DNA from: an uncultured cyanobacterium
GTDB taxonomy: Bacteria > Cyanobacteriota > Cyanobacteriia > Cyanobacteriales > CAWUOF01
Reading direction: 5' to 3'
Length of the DNA: 64,000 nt
NCBI GenBank assembly: GCA_963744145.1
Contig: CAVUSO010000001.1
Coordinates: 4,096,001-4,160,000, forward strand
Below the pieces are notes generated by a model. That model had not been told where the DNA came from. It saw only the letters and a program-made list of their open reading frames with translations, and searched no databases. Both the position numbers and the translations under genes were made by a program. Positions 49,950 to 62,981 of this stretch are shown here, one piece after another. Each line of letters begins with the position of its first letter. Positions within the stretch are counted from its first letter, which is position 1.

Positions 49950-52790
49950 TTAACCTGATTGAACCTGAGCATTTAAAACTTTATTAATCCGATCGCGTAC
50001 TTCATCCAAATGCGCTTTGGTATAAATATCTGCACCTTTCCCATGTTTGAGTAATTTCTTGTCAATTGCTTTGCTTAATTCTCCCAACTGATAACGAGCT
50101 AAAGTTTCCGCATCAGCTGGTGCATCGATTTTTCTTAATACCAAACCAATCAAAATTTCCAAATGTTCACGCTGAATTGATCGACGAAAATTCGCGATTT
50201 GGATTACTTGGTGATTGTCTGACAAGACCTCACTCCAAATTCCCTGTTGCAGATTTGCAAATAACTCTGGTAAAGTCAATGCTTCACCAGGAGCATTCTT
50301 TAATTCTAAATCCTGTAAACGACTAAGACGTTCTGGTAACATCAATACTCGCAATATTATCCTTTGGACTAAAAAAATTCGCTCCCCAATTGGATAATCT
50401 AGCGGATTAATAGTCGGAAATTCTCCCCAATGATACCAACGTGATGGGGCTAATTTATTTAACAGATCTGGTGAAAAAACAAAAGCTTTTTCATCAAAAA
50501 TATATTTTTGTAATACTGTTAATGCTTCTCTCTGTTTGGAGAGTGACACTAACTGAAATGGTAATCTTGCATTTGGACTTCCAGCTCGATCGCGGTTAAA
50601 TAATTCTCCCCCAACATACTTAGTAATTAGCATAGCTTGGTTATAATAATAAAACAATACAAAGTCAAAAATTTCGCGCAGCTCACTATAACTTTCTTCG
50701 GTTTGGGGATAATACTGAGCCAGACGTAACCAAATTTCTTTAGCATTATCCATTTGCCATTGAGAATAAAGTAATATATTACTACTCAAGTCAAAGGTAT
50801 TCACCATCGGATCAAGAAAATCAACACTATCCTCATCTGTTGCATAAGCTAATTCTGGTTGAGATGACCGATCTGCGATCTCTTTCAATAAGCTTAACTG
50901 GGCGATCGGATTAGCTGAAGGAAATGGTTTATATCCATACTCGATCGCCCATTGATCATAAATACCAATCTGATTGGTAAAATAGTCTCCCTGGGTCACT
51001 CCGATCGGCGCTAAATTCACTCCATTATAATCCATTACTGAGCTAACTAAACCCTGAGCATGAGTGAGTTCTAGATTATTTAATTCCTCTGGTTTTAACA
51101 ATGTACTTCCATGAAAATTATGTCTTAATCCTAAGGTATGACCAACTTCATGGGCAATTAATTGACGCAAATACTGATTTATATATGTTTTCATCTCGTT
51201 GCTATCATGCGTCACATTCTGTAAAATATTTAAAGCGATCGCACTAAAAGCGAACTGATTAGTTGCATTCATGGTATAACAAATATCACCCGATTCTACC
51301 AGTTGGGAGGCAAAATTTGGATCTAAATTACTACTAGCTGCTGAACTTCCAATTCTGGTTTTATCTAGGAAGGAATCAGGAGTTGCACCGGATATAATTT
51401 GCTCTAAAGATGGTAACCCATAAAGATTACAACGATTAGCTAAGTTAGGGAATAAGAAAGAGTGTTGATTCGCTCGTTTTTGTTCAATTAATTGGTGATA
51501 TCCCTGCTTCATTAACCGGACGACATTACCATCAATAACAATATCTGCATCGACAATTTCTCCAGTGACTGGATTAACCCTAGATATACCAATTCCCAGG
51601 AAAGTCGGAGCTAAAGAGTAAGACCACCTGATCACATTATAACGCACATCAGCAGCATCCCATTTAGCATCATTGGGCATTTGTCGGGCTTCAATTGCAT
51701 TTAAAAAACCCACTTTTTCAAAAGCTTTATTCCAAGCTAATATACCCTCACGAAAAATCTCTCGATATTCTAGTGGTACAGTATTTTCAATCCAGAAGAC
51801 TATCGGTTTTTTTGGTGGAGATAGTGCTGCATTAGGGTCTTGCTTTTCTAAATCCCAACGATTAATATAGCGGACAAATGGCTCGGTGGCAGTGTCCGTC
51901 GAAAAATCTTGATAAGCTGTAATAAAATAGCCAATTCTTTCATCAGCAATCCGCGGACGATAAGCAGGATTTTGAGGAAGTTTGGATAAGCTATAATGGA
52001 CAGAAATATTGAAAGAACGAGAGTCAGCGAGAAAGGGAACTTCTACAGGAGGACTATCCCCTGAGAAACCATAAACAGATTCAATTTCTAGGTTGAGAGG
52101 AAAAGACTTGATCGTCCGAAAATAGGTTTTGTCACTATCGATATGATAGGATGAACCAAGTATAGATGCAAATCCAGGTAAATCTGTCAGTAATAGGTTT
52201 CCGAGATCGATGAGCAGACTTTTCCGTTGGGGATGAATGCTTTTAATCGGTAGAGAGGATAACACTGAATCGCTAAATGAGCTATTGATTGCTCGCGATC
52301 GCACTTCACTATTCTGAGCCCGAAAATATAAATTAGAAACGACAAATTGGACAGTTTGATTTACCCGACGGAAAGAAAACAAAAATTCGTTTACGGGTAA
52401 TCCTCTGATTAATCCTTCCCCCCCAAGACCCGATTCCATTGTCACCATATTTAGGTAACTCTGATTAAGTTGGTCTGGTTGAATTTCTAGGTAAACTTTC
52501 CCAGTTTCTTGCTGACGATATAGAGTAAATAATCCGGTTATTTTTTCAGTATTTTTAATTACTTCATCAAATGCTTGTAGTGCTGTTGGATCAGCAGTTT
52601 TATCTTTAGGATCGGTTGATAGTGATAATAGAGGTGCAGATTTCAAATCCCTTTTCAGCAGGAATTCGCTCTGTTTATGTTCGGTTGTCTGATTGCTATT
52701 TGGTTGAGCTGATAAATATTCTGGCTGAAAAGATGTACACTGAATAAAAACTAACAAAAATAGTAGTAGGAATTTTTTGATCTTTTTCAT
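49950..52790 (-). CDS. Secreted zinc-dependent metalloprotease (EcxA/DUF4953-DUF5117-like)
   Basis: HEVGHTLGLRH, SSVMDY Met-turn, signal peptide. Confidence 0.88.
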   Translation of the reverse strand: MKKIKKFLLLFLLVFIQCTSFQPEYLSAQPNSNQTTEHKQSEFLLKRDLKSAPLLSLSTDPKDKTADPTALQAFDEVIKNTEKITGLFTLYRQQETGKVYLEIQPDQLNQSYLNMVTMESGLGGEGLIRGLPVNEFLFSFRRVNQTVQFVVSNLYFRAQNSEVRSRAINSSFSDSVLSSLPIKSIHPQRKSLLIDLGNLLLTDLPGFASILGSSYHIDSDKTYFRTIKSFPLNLEIESVYGFSGDSPPVEVPFLADSRSFNISVHYSLSKLPQNPAYRPRIADERIGYFITAYQDFSTDTATEPFVRYINRWDLEKQDPNAALSPPKKPIVFWIENTVPLEYREIFREGILAWNKAFEKVGFLNAIEARQMPNDAKWDAADVRYNVIRWSYSLAPTFLGIGISRVNPVTGEIVDADIVIDGNVVRLMKQGYHQLIEQKRANQHSFLFPNLANRCNLYGLPSLEQIISGATPDSFLDKTRIGSSAASSNLDPNFASQLVESGDICYTMNATNQFAFSAIALNILQNVTHDSNEMKTYINQYLRQLIAHEVGHTLGLRHNFHGSTLLKPEELNNLELTHAQGLVSSVMDYNGVNLAPIGVTQGDYFTNQIGIYDQWAIEYGYKPFPSANPIAQLSLLKEIADRSSQPELAYATDEDSVDFLDPMVNTFDLSSNILLYSQWQMDNAKEIWLRLAQYYPQTEESYSELREIFDFVLFYYYNQAMLITKYVGGELFNRDRAGSPNARLPFQLVSLSKQREALTVLQKYIFDEKAFVFSPDLLNKLAPSRWYHWGEFPTINPLDYPIGERIFLVQRIILRVLMLPERLSRLQDLELKNAPGEALTLPELFANLQQGIWSEVLSDNHQVIQIANFRRSIQREHLEILIGLVLRKIDAPADAETLARYQLGELSKAIDKKLLKHGKGADIYTKAHLDEVRDRINKVLNAQVQSG

Positions 52791-52817
52791 CTTCGATTTA
52801 GAACATATCGGTAAGAT

Positions 52818-54578
52818 CTAGTTTACCTGAATATCAAAACCTAAAATTTGCCTAACTGGACCTACCTGATTAGGTTCAGGGAAAATATTAGGGGGATAGG
52901 AATTAATCCCAAAAGTTTTTACTGATAGAGTCTGACCATCAGCACTTACATCTAATGTAACATAGTTAAAGGTATCTGGAGAATAAAAATCGATTGGTTG
53001 TCGTAATCGATCAGCATACTGGTCATCTTCTCGGAAGACATTTTTTAACCCAGGATGTGCTGGATCTAAACCAAAGGGATTAATCCCCTTACTTTTTTGA
53101 GCAGTAATTAATTTATCTACTGTCAGTTTCAGATTACTAAAACTATGATCAAGGAACACATTAGGTCCATCAGCACCAATCGGTCCATCTACAATTGTAA
53201 ATGCTTTAGGTAAAACTCTTTTAGTACCATTGTGATCTAAATAAGTTAACTCATTAACTCGATTTTGATGATCATCAGTGGTCAGAAAAACTACATTTTC
53301 AATTCGCTGATCAGCAATATATTGGAGTAAATCATTACGTTCTGCTCGATAACCACCCATCCAAGATTTACCCCCATCATCACCAGTTTCATCAATTGGT
53401 GATGAAATCGCAATAAATTTCCAAATTACCCCTTTTGTCTGAGCATTTGTTAGGGTTTGCTTTAACCAGTTTAGTTGAGTTTTCCCTAACATAGTGCGCT
53501 GCGGATTATCTGCGCGAATACCAGTATCATCTTTATGATTTGCTGTTTTTAGTCGAATATCTCGATAGGAGCGATCGTCTACATTAATTAATATCGCATT
53601 TGCTCCCCATGGTTGAGCAAAATATAATTGTAATGTGCCATTAATGAGCGGATCATTATCGGCTTTAATGATTTTTTCCCGAATGGGTTGATAGTCGCTA
53701 TATGCTTGAACTAATAATTTAAACCCAGGTGTTTTATTGATATACTGAGCAGTATTATTAACATCATTGCTCTGATTAGCCGCATCTACACCTGCACCTT
53801 GAGGATTACCTGGGGCAGCACCTCCATTAATAAATTGTTTATTACCTAATTCATGGTTATCTAACAAAGTATAGTTACCTTGACTAGCAAAGAAACTTTG
53901 GAGACTAGGGAAACCACCTGGATTAACTGGCTGTATATTTTCTCGATATTTCCGATGGTAATCTATTAATGCTTGTTTAGGATCAGTGAAAGGATCGCTC
54001 GCAGCCGGAGACATTTTAGCATCAGTTTCATAAATTGTATCACCTAGAAAAATGAAAAAATCTAATTGCTGTTGATTAATATCTTTAGTTAAAGGATAAG
54101 GTCTCCATCTTGCATCAGTATCACCGCTAAAAGCAAAATGTAAAGGAACTTTATCGGTATCATGAGGAGCGGTTTTAAAAGTTCCGACTTGGCTCATTTC
54201 TCCCCGAGGAGCGACAAAGCGATAGTAATAGCGGGTATTACTTTGTAAACCAGTATCATCAATTTTGATAATATAGTCTCTTGCCGGTTGAGATTGAGTA
54301 TTAATTGACTGTTGAATATGCTTAAATTCAGGATCAGTAGCAACCTGGGCGATCGCTTTACTCTTGATACCTGTATTAGTTTTACTCCTGACCATCCTTG
54401 TCCATAAAATCACACTATTTTCGGTTGCATCTCCTGCTGCAACAGCGTTAAAAATTATTCGGGGATGCTTGAGCATACCCTGTGCCCGATCGATTGACCC
54501 TATGGTCCCAGGGATTAATATCAATAATAATATTATGATCTGAAACCGGAATTGCCAGAAAGTTTTTTTGCTCATCAC
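52818..54578 (-). CDS. phoD: Alkaline phosphatase D family protein
   Basis: VAAGD...VILWTR, FLGDTIY, DNHE, D.RSYRD and LTTDDH motifs. Confidence 0.85.
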   Translation of the reverse strand: MMSKKTFWQFRFQIIILLLILIPGTIGSIDRAQGMLKHPRIIFNAVAAGDATENSVILWTRMVRSKTNTGIKSKAIAQVATDPEFKHIQQSINTQSQPARDYIIKIDDTGLQSNTRYYYRFVAPRGEMSQVGTFKTAPHDTDKVPLHFAFSGDTDARWRPYPLTKDINQQQLDFFIFLGDTIYETDAKMSPAASDPFTDPKQALIDYHRKYRENIQPVNPGGFPSLQSFFASQGNYTLLDNHELGNKQFINGGAAPGNPQGAGVDAANQSNDVNNTAQYINKTPGFKLLVQAYSDYQPIREKIIKADNDPLINGTLQLYFAQPWGANAILINVDDRSYRDIRLKTANHKDDTGIRADNPQRTMLGKTQLNWLKQTLTNAQTKGVIWKFIAISSPIDETGDDGGKSWMGGYRAERNDLLQYIADQRIENVVFLTTDDHQNRVNELTYLDHNGTKRVLPKAFTIVDGPIGADGPNVFLDHSFSNLKLTVDKLITAQKSKGINPFGLDPAHPGLKNVFREDDQYADRLRQPIDFYSPDTFNYVTLDVSADGQTLSVKTFGINSYPPNIFPEPNQVGPVRQILGFDIQVN

Positions 54579-54603
54579 TCAACCTTACCAAAATATCATT
54601 AGT

Positions 54604-57600
54604 TCACTTTTTGAGGGGCCAAGAAATACTATTGTCTTGGGCTAAATACTGAGAAATACTATAAGCACCATAACGATTCAGGTGACTAGGATCAGTAAAA
54701 AAGTCGTTTTGATTTAGCCAGATTTGAGATAAATCTCGAAACCTAAATCCTTTTTCTAGGGCAAGTTGAAACATATATTTAGTAAACATTTTTTCATATT
54801 CCATGCGGGAAGAATCTAAGTAATCTTGAGTAAGTGGGAGGTTAATAAAAAGCACTGGAATGCGATGGGTTTGGGTGAAATCTAGAAAAGAAATAAAAGC
54901 AGATTCTTGTTTTCCTTCTAGTCGGAAAAATTGATAATCTCCATCATAGTCACCCGAAACGCGCGGGTGCATCTGATAATAAGTTGCTGGTTCAAATCTG
55001 ATGGATATTGGTAAAAATCCATTTATATCTATACTCTGATCTGATACCTGCTGCTGATTTTGCCAATTGACAGTTTCATCATTAGTTGGTATTCCTTGCC
55101 ATGAGGAAGAAATGCTCGAATCGGATTTCTCATTTTCTGGAGATAATAAGATTGGATCAGACTGATTCCACTTTGATAAATTTTCACTCAAAGCATTTTT
55201 TAGGCGATCGCGTTGAGGATAACTTTGGGAAACGGAACCAGCTAGGTTATTAATTTTCTCATTCCAATTCCGATAATTAGCCGTCATTGAACTTAAGGGA
55301 ACTTCTGCTGCTGGTTTAGCACCTGGTTCACTCAATAAATTGGTGGAATTTGCTGGTTTTGGTTCGATCGCTATTTTTTGATCTGTTCTTGAAGCCAATT
55401 CTTTATAACCGTCAGAAACTGCGATCGCATTATAAGTAACATCAATCCGACCACTATTAAATGCTCTGGCTCCATCTGCCCAAATAATCATTTTTGGTAA
55501 CTGTTCTGGTGGCAAAATTTGACGAATTAGCAAATCTACCACTTGTGCAGTCGCGCCATTAATGCCAAAGTTAAAGATATCCATATTTGGATATCCAGCT
55601 CTAGCTAAAGATGTTTGTAAAGCGACTGGATCGATCCCACGGATAGCCCGAGAACTACCAACAATTAAAATATCGGGAGGTCCACTTTGAGCGATCCGTT
55701 GTTGATACAAGGCTAATTTTTCATCTAATTGACTACTTTTAAAAGTTCGATAAGGCGATCGAGCTGCGGCTAAAATTGCGCTTTGAGTAGCACTAGGTAA
55801 TAAAGGAGAAGCTACCAATGTCGATACTTCCGGTTTAGCTAACTCCTTCGTGGTGGCAATTGGGCTTTTTTTAGCAGGATTTTGGCGCTGGGTAATGACT
55901 AATTCATTTCCTGGTTTAGCAAACTCCGAAGAATTGAAAATCCGGTGATTATCTTCTTTGAATTTTTGTAATGATCCCGGAGGCAATTCTAAATTTTGCT
56001 TAATGTTTCGGTCTTGATTAGCTAAACTTGGAGTGTTTATTGTTTTCTGAGCAAAATTTTGGTCACAATGCTCTGCTCCTAAACAAGCAGTCAGCGCTTC
56101 CTTGGGAGTCTGATTATTTTTAAAGATCATTTGGGCGATCAACCAATCAACCTGGACTGTCAGCAATACTCCGACAATTGCCCAAACAATTGCCACTTGC
56201 GGATGATTAACCATCCCCTGACCTTCTAATTTAGACTTGCTGACATGACGTGGAATAATATTTTGGTCAGCAGGAACAAACAATTGAGTTCGCAGTAACA
56301 TTACCTGAAATGCTTGCACCAGGGTAGAAGTAGGATTTTTTTTCCCTTTTTTGTCTGTGGGCGATCGCTCCGGAGTTAATACTGGGTGCATCACCAATTC
56401 CCCAGTCCGGATATGTAAAAATTCTTCTAAATCGTTAGTATGTGTCGCTGCAAATTCGGGAATTGGTTCGGTCACTTTGGTTGAGGTTCCACCAAAATCA
56501 AAACCATATTTCCAGAGCGGTTGTTTGGCTCCAGCACGACGACCATAGATCCGCACACCAGCAATTCCGGGAATTTCTAAACTCTGAAGAAATTTCGTAA
56601 TCGGAAGAGTAACTTGATCTTCGGACCGGACAAACTGGGGCTTCGCTCATGATGTGCCACAGGTTTTCTTTCCGCAGGATTAAAATGCGAATCCCACCAG
56701 TATTTAATTTGTGATCAATATTAGGATTAAGTAACCGATCTAGCAAAAATGTGAGGGCTTCCTGATGACCAGTTTTTGCTAATTGTCGGGTAGACATCGC
56801 TTTTTCCGGTTGATCAGCAGCAGGGAGATTGAGCCATTCAATCCAAGCAGGTACTTCTTCTGGAAAAGCGGAATTAGGAATTGAGAAGTTTAATTTTTTA
56901 TGAGTTGCGTTAGTTTTACCTGAGATCCCATAAATAGTAGCTGCTTGCATTCCTTGGGGCGCGATCGCCATCAAAATTGGGGTAATAATGGCGACAATTT
57001 TTTGCTGATCGGGAGTCCGAGGTAAGGATGGTAGGGCACTACAACATAAATGTAGCGTTGATTCTTTCATGACTGCCCGGACTTCTACCTGTTCAGCCGC
57101 CAACTTTTGATTGAGTAAACGGGCGATCGCCTGACCATCCCCCCAACTTGCCCAATTGTTCAACATTTGATCAGGAGGAGTCAGATCCACGCGCAGAATC
57201 CAGTCTGGGACTGTTTCTCCTGTTACCTGATATAAAATGGCTGCATCATAGAAACCTTCTAGTTTCAGATCCCGCAACCTTTGGGCAATGGGTTCAGCGA
57301 CTAACAGGGGATCAGGACTATAAGCGGAGGAACAGAAGACCCAAAGCCGATTGAGGATGGTTTTACTTTGGTGATTTTCTAATCCTTTCACCTCAGTGCG
57401 GACTTTAACCGCGACTCCGAGTTCACTGAGGACTTCACTTAAATATAAGGCGATCGCTGAGGGTATACCAGCTTGAGCTAATTTCCTCTGATCAATCTGG
57501 GGAAGATCTGGAGGATTAACTTGAGAGTGATCAACAACAACATCTGTTTCCAGTCGAGATAACTCCTGAGCAACAAACCGTGATAGAGCGGACTGATCTG

Positions 57601-58000
57601 GTTTTGCTGGTGACAATTCCGGGGAACTCATCGACAAGAATATTTTCGAGTCCGGACCTGCAACTTTCAGATTTTCTGCTACCAGATGTAATTGATTCAG
57701 GTCAATTCCCAAAGACCAATCTGGGTTTTCTTGTCCGAGCCGCCGACCATAGATAAATATCTGATAAATCACCGCGTGATCTGCTGGGAGCAGCAGCATT
57801 AAATTGGTCACCTCAAGAGCTTTAACCAGACGAGTCACTACAATCTTGCGATCGGGACATTGAACACCTTCACAGAGAATATGGAGGTTATTGCCCCGCC
57901 ACCGGACTTGGATCTGGGTATGAGGAAGTCCAATCGCTTTTTCAGTCCACTGAATCAAGCGGGAACGATTGATTGGCGGGGCATTTTCTACCTTTAACAT
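54604..58000 (-). CDS. Large cyanobacterial hypothetical with C-terminal SGNH-like (DUF1574-like) domain; one gene split by a +1 frameshift near 56627
   Basis: Removing one base joins PVCP-SEDQVTLPITKFLQSLEIPGIAGVRIYGRR; VGSSR, NFGINGA and DPSHLN motifs. Confidence 0.72.
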
Positions 58001-58111
58001 CTCCAGTCCTGCTAAATGATCTTGCTGAGATAACTAATTATGTCTTTTATGGATAACATACCCTGACAATAGTTTGGCATAGTTAAGCTATTGAAATTTT
58101 TAACTGAGCCT

Positions 58112-58369
58112 ATGTCACCTTCTAGGAAAAAATTACCAGAAACCGAGTCAGAACAATTGCTGTTTGGCATCATCTCTGCGGAAATTTTGGTCAGTGTCTG
58201 TACTGCACCCTTCTTAATTTGTTGGTGTGGAAGTAATACAATTAAAGACTGGTTGCAAGAAATTGGTCAAACAAGTGAAGAATTGTTTCGAGGCAATCGT
58301 CTCCCGGTTCTGAATTTTCCCAATCAAGCCCCAGACTCTCAACCCCAAGCAAATCGAATCGATAGTTAA
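58112..58369 (+). CDS. Small cyanobacterial hypothetical protein
   Basis: TAPFL...LQEIGQTSEELFRGNRLPVLNFP. Confidence 0.65.
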   Translation: MSPSRKKLPETESEQLLFGIISAEILVSVCTAPFLICWCGSNTIKDWLQEIGQTSEELFRGNRLPVLNFPNQAPDSQPQANRIDS

Positions 58370-58430
58370 ATAGCTAACTATCAAATTTACCCTCTAAAAT
58401 TATTCAGTATCGCCGCGAGTATGTAAAACT

Positions 58431-61400
58431 ATGAGTTCGGTACTCCAATCGTCAAATCGGGAAATCGTCACATCATCTACATCAGATTTATTTTTGCGCC
58501 ATCGACTCAAAGTTGTGGAGGACCTATGGGAATCGGTTCTCAGACAAGAGTGTGGTCAGGAATTAGTGGATCTGCTCAATCAATTGCGTGATTTAGGGTC
58601 ACCAGAAGGACAAGCTGCTCAATTTAAAGAATCTGAGGTCCGTCTAATTGTCGAAAAATTAGACCTGAATGCGGCTATCCGCGCTTCGAGGGCTTTTGCT
58701 CTATATTTCCAGCTGATCAATATTATTGAACAGCGTTACGAACAGCGTCATCAACACCAAGCCCAAACCAATATCAATAGCGCTAATTTTAATTTCTCCT
58801 CAGACAATACTTACCCAGAATTGTCGAGTCCAGGAGAAGTGGCCCAACCTGTGGTGCCTGGGGCGGATATGCTGGAAAAAACTCTGCAATCTAAACCCGC
58901 ATCGAAGCGACAGATGGGTACATTTCAATGGCTATTTCCCCACTTACGTCATCTAAATGTCCCACCACAACAAATCGAGCGGTTAATTAAAAATCTTGAT
59001 GTCCGCTTAGTGTTTACAGCTCACCCCACCGAAATTGTTCGTCATACTATTCGTGATAAGCAGCGTCGGATTGCGAAAATTTTACAGCAGCTCGATCAGG
59101 TCGAAGAAGAACTTCAGTCCGTGGGTTTGGTCTCTTCCTGGGAATCGATCGCTCTGGTTGAGCAGTTGACAGAAGAAATTCGGCTCTGGTGGCGCACTGA
59201 TGAACTCCATCAGTTTAAACCAACGGTACTCGATGAGGTAGATTATACCCTCCACTATTTCCAAGAGGTGCTGTTTGATGCTGTACCGAAGCTTTATCAG
59301 CGTCTGAAAGTGTCTCTTTACAATTCCTTTCCCTATCTCTCTCCCCCTCGCTATAATTTTTGTAAGTTTGGCTCTTGGGTTGGCTCCGATCGCGATGGTA
59401 ATCCCTCGGTTACCCCCCAAGTTACCTGGCAAACCGCTTGTTATCAACGTAATTTGGTCTTAGAAAAATACTGTCAGTCGGTGCGATCGCTGATTGAGTT
59501 GTTAAGTCTATCCCTCCACTGGAGTGATGTATTACCGGAATTGCTCGACTCCTTGGAACAAGATCGGGTCAAAATGCCTGAGATTTATGAAAAATTAGCA
59601 ATTCGTTATCGGCAAGAACCCTATCGGTTAAAGCTAGCTTACATCCTGAAGCGGTTGGAAAATACTCGCGATCGCAATTGGCGTTTTTACACGGGGGAAG
59701 TTCAGCAACGGGAACTAACAGAGACAGAACCAGTTTCGATTTATCAGACTGGCATTGAGTTTTTAACGGAGTTAGAACTAATTAAACGTACTCTGACCGA
59801 AACTGGTCTAAGTTGTAGTGATTTAGAAAATCTGATTTGTCAGGTCCAAATCTATGGTTTTAACTTAGCTCATTTAGATATTCGTCAAGAGTCTTCCCAC
59901 CATTCGGACGCTTTTAATGAAATTACTGAATACTTGCAAATTTTACCTCGTTCTTACAGTAATTTAAACGAGTCAGAGCGAGTTGAGTGGCTGGTGCAGG
60001 AACTCCAAACCAGAACGTCCTTTAATTCCGGCTGAATTACCTTTCTCGGCTAAAACTTGCGAGACGATTGAAACCTTGCGGATCGTGCGGCAGATGCAAC
60101 AAGAGTTTGGTCATGATCTCTGCCAAACTTATATTATCAGCATGAGCCATGATGTCAGTGATTTGCTGGAAGTATTGCTGTTAGCTAAGGAAGCTGGTCT
60201 TTATGATCCAGCGACAGGAGTTGGTACACTCCAAGTCGTACCTCTATTTGAAACGGTGGAAGACTTAAAACGTGCCCCAGAAGTCATGCAGGCTTTGTTT
60301 AAGTTACCTTTGTATCGGACTTTATTAGCTGGTAGCTACTCGACTGAATCTAAACCATTAACCTCTTTGTTTACTCCTAATTTACAAGAGGTGATGTTAG
60401 GTTATTCAGATAGCAATAAAGATTCTGGTTTTCTCAGTAGTAATTGGGAAATTCACAAAGCCCAAAAAGCTCTCCATGTCATTGCTGAATCTTATGGGAT
60501 CTCGTTACGCATCTTCCATGGACGTGGTGGGTCGGTGGGTCGAGGTGGCGGCCCAGCCTATGAGGCGATTTTAGCTCAACCAGGTCGCAGTATTAATGGT
60601 CGAGTCAAAATTACTGAACAGGGAGAGGTGTTGGCTTCTAAATATACTTTGCCAGATCTAGCTCTCTTTAATCTGGAAAGTATTACTACCGCAGTCATTC
60701 AAGCAAGTTTGCTGGGTAGTGGGTTTGATGATATCCAACCTTGGAATGAAATCATGGAGGAATTGTCGAACCGATCGCGTGTTCACTATCGGGCCCTGAT
60801 TTACGAACAGTCTGATTTTATCGATTTTTTCCATCAAGTTACTCCCATTGAAGAAATTAGCCAATTGCAAATTTCTTCTCGTCCGGCTCGTCGTCGTGGT
60901 GGTAAAAAAGATTTAACCAGTCTACGTGCTATTCCCTGGGTGTTTAGCTGGACCCAAACTCGCTTTTTGCTACCCGCTTGGTATGGTGTCGGTACTGCTC
61001 TCCAAGACTTTTTGGATCAGGAACCGGAAGAACACTTGAAGTTGTTACGTTATTTTTACTTAAAGTGGCCATTTTTCAAAATGGTCATTTCTAAGGTAGA
61101 AATGACTTTATCTAAGGTAGATTTGCAAATTGCTCACCACTATGTGTGCGAATTGTCCGCAGCCGAAGACCAAAACCGTTTTCAAGCTCTGTTTGAACAA
61201 ATTGCCCAAGAGTACCATCTGATCTGTGGTTTGGTCTTAAATATTACTGGGCATAAACGGCTGTTGGATGGAGACCCAGATCTACAGCGTTCTGTTCAGT
61301 TACGCAATGGGACAATTGTTCCCCTCGGATTGTTGCAGGTTTCTCTGTTAAAACGTTTGCGCTATTATGGAGCCCATGCCAATCCTGGTGGGATTAATTC

Positions 61401-61482
61401 TCGTTATAGTCGCGGCGAGTTACTCCGTGGTGCTTTGCTGACAATTAATGGGATTGCCGCCGGAATGCGTAATACGGGTTAA
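58431..61482 (+). CDS. ppc: Phosphoenolpyruvate carboxylase; apparent +1 frameshift at about 60015 (likely sequence error)
   Basis: [44 protein letters not shown] and C-terminal MRNTG; removing one A restores LQTRRPLIP. Confidence 0.95.
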
Positions 61483-61526
61483 TCGGACAGGCAAGGTTAA
61501 TCGGACAGGCAAGATGCCTGTCCCAC
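61477..61526. repeat. 18-bp tandem duplication plus REP-like hairpin after ppc
   Basis: ggttaatcggacaggcaa x2, then ggacaggcaagatgcctgtcc. Confidence 0.85.
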
Positions 61527-61898
61527 AGCCCTAAGCTGATTGCTAATAGTTAGTTAATCACTAAAAATATTCAGGGTTTTTCTTTTTTAGTTGGTTATTA
61601 GCTATTAGCAATTATTTATTGATTCAGACAAGAATTTTTAGTTTCAAACCATTGATGGAATTTTGACCGGATGAGGGGCGAGTGCCTCTTTCCGATCCGC
61701 GTAAAAATGTATTAGCATATAAAAAATACCCTTTCCTTCTATTTAACATTTGGTGCATAAAGTTCTGTGTTGATTGCCTTTCATAATCCGGATGATTATG
61801 ATTTTAAAAAGGTATATCCGGATCTTAAATAATTTAGTCTGGCCGACATGGGTGTGATTACCGTTATCTGACATGAGTGTATAGAGAGACAACCTGTG

Positions 61899-62789
61899 AT
61901 GTTATTTAACGCTACTGAACTACTAATTGACGATTTTGTCAAAAAATTGAAAGAAGGTTATCACCGTACCTATGGGGGATATAAGTCTGACTATGAAGAA
62001 ATCATTGGTTGGGCTGGTGGTATGGCTTTGGAGAATATTGCCAATAGCGATGCTTTATATCATAACGTTGAGCATACGATCTTGGTGACTTTGGTGGGAC
62101 AAGAAATGTTACGGGGCAGACACATTCGTGAGGGTGGAGTGTCCTGTGATGACTGGTTACATTTTATTATTTCTTTGTTATGTCACGATATTGGCTATGT
62201 TAAAGGAGTGTGTCGTCACGATCAAGATGGTTGGTATGCTACAGGTAAAGATGGTAAAATGGTGGGTTTACCTCCCGGATCTACTGATGCTAGTTTGACT
62301 CCTTATCATGTCGATCGGGGTAAACTATTTATTGAGGAGCGTTTTGGTGGTCATAAGTTAATTGATGCGACGGTAATTAAACGCAATATTGAACTCACTC
62401 GTTTTCCTGTACCAGGAGATCAAGATCATCAAGATACAATTAATTATCCCGGGATGGTTCGTGCTGCTGATTTGATTGGACAATTAAGTGATCCTAGATA
62501 CTTAAAGAAAATTGCTGCACTGTTTTATGAGTTTGAAGAAACCGGGTTTAATCAAAGGGTCGGATATCGTCATCCAGGTGATTTACGGAAAAATTACGCT
62601 AAGTTTTACTGGAATGGTGTCTATCCTTTTGTTCAGGATGCACTTTATTATCTATCTTTGACACAGCAGGGAAAACAAATTATTGCTAATCTCTATGCTA
62701 ATGTCTTTGTGGTAGAACATGAAAAATATGAAGAATTTGATGATCTTGATGGACATTTGGAGATAACTGCGATTAGTAAAGCTGGTTAA
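61899..62789 (+). CDS. HD-domain metal-dependent phosphohydrolase
   Basis: YHNVEHT, CHDIGY, HVDRG and AADLIGQ motifs. Confidence 0.85.
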   Translation: MLFNATELLIDDFVKKLKEGYHRTYGGYKSDYEEIIGWAGGMALENIANSDALYHNVEHTILVTLVGQEMLRGRHIREGGVSCDDWLHFIISLLCHDIGYVKGVCRHDQDGWYATGKDGKMVGLPPGSTDASLTPYHVDRGKLFIEERFGGHKLIDATVIKRNIELTRFPVPGDQDHQDTINYPGMVRAADLIGQLSDPRYLKKIAALFYEFEETGFNQRVGYRHPGDLRKNYAKFYWNGVYPFVQDALYYLSLTQQGKQIIANLYANVFVVEHEKYEEFDDLDGHLEITAISKAG

Positions 62790-62858
62790 TCTATTGAGGA
62801 TTTTTCCAGATCGTTGATGAAAATTAATTCAATCTCTAGTTAAATTACTGTAGCAGAT

Positions 62859-62913
62859 TGACCTCTCCCCCAACCCCTCTCCTCCGAGGAAAGGGGGTTG
62901 GGGGGTTAGGTCA
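62859..62913. repeat. Cyanobacterial GC-rich palindromic repeat / terminator between convergent genes
   Basis: tgacct-ctcccccaacccct...agggggttggggggtt-aggtca. Confidence 0.7.
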
Positions 62914-62981
62914 AGCATTTAGTTCAAGCGCATAAAACAGTCCTGTACTTTGCTCCCGATCGGATTGATAATTAAGTTCTA

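Noticed and set aside
58431..61482. Naturally split two-subunit PEPC or programmed frameshift
   Set aside because: A single extra A with no slippery run; same pattern as the other probable sequence errors
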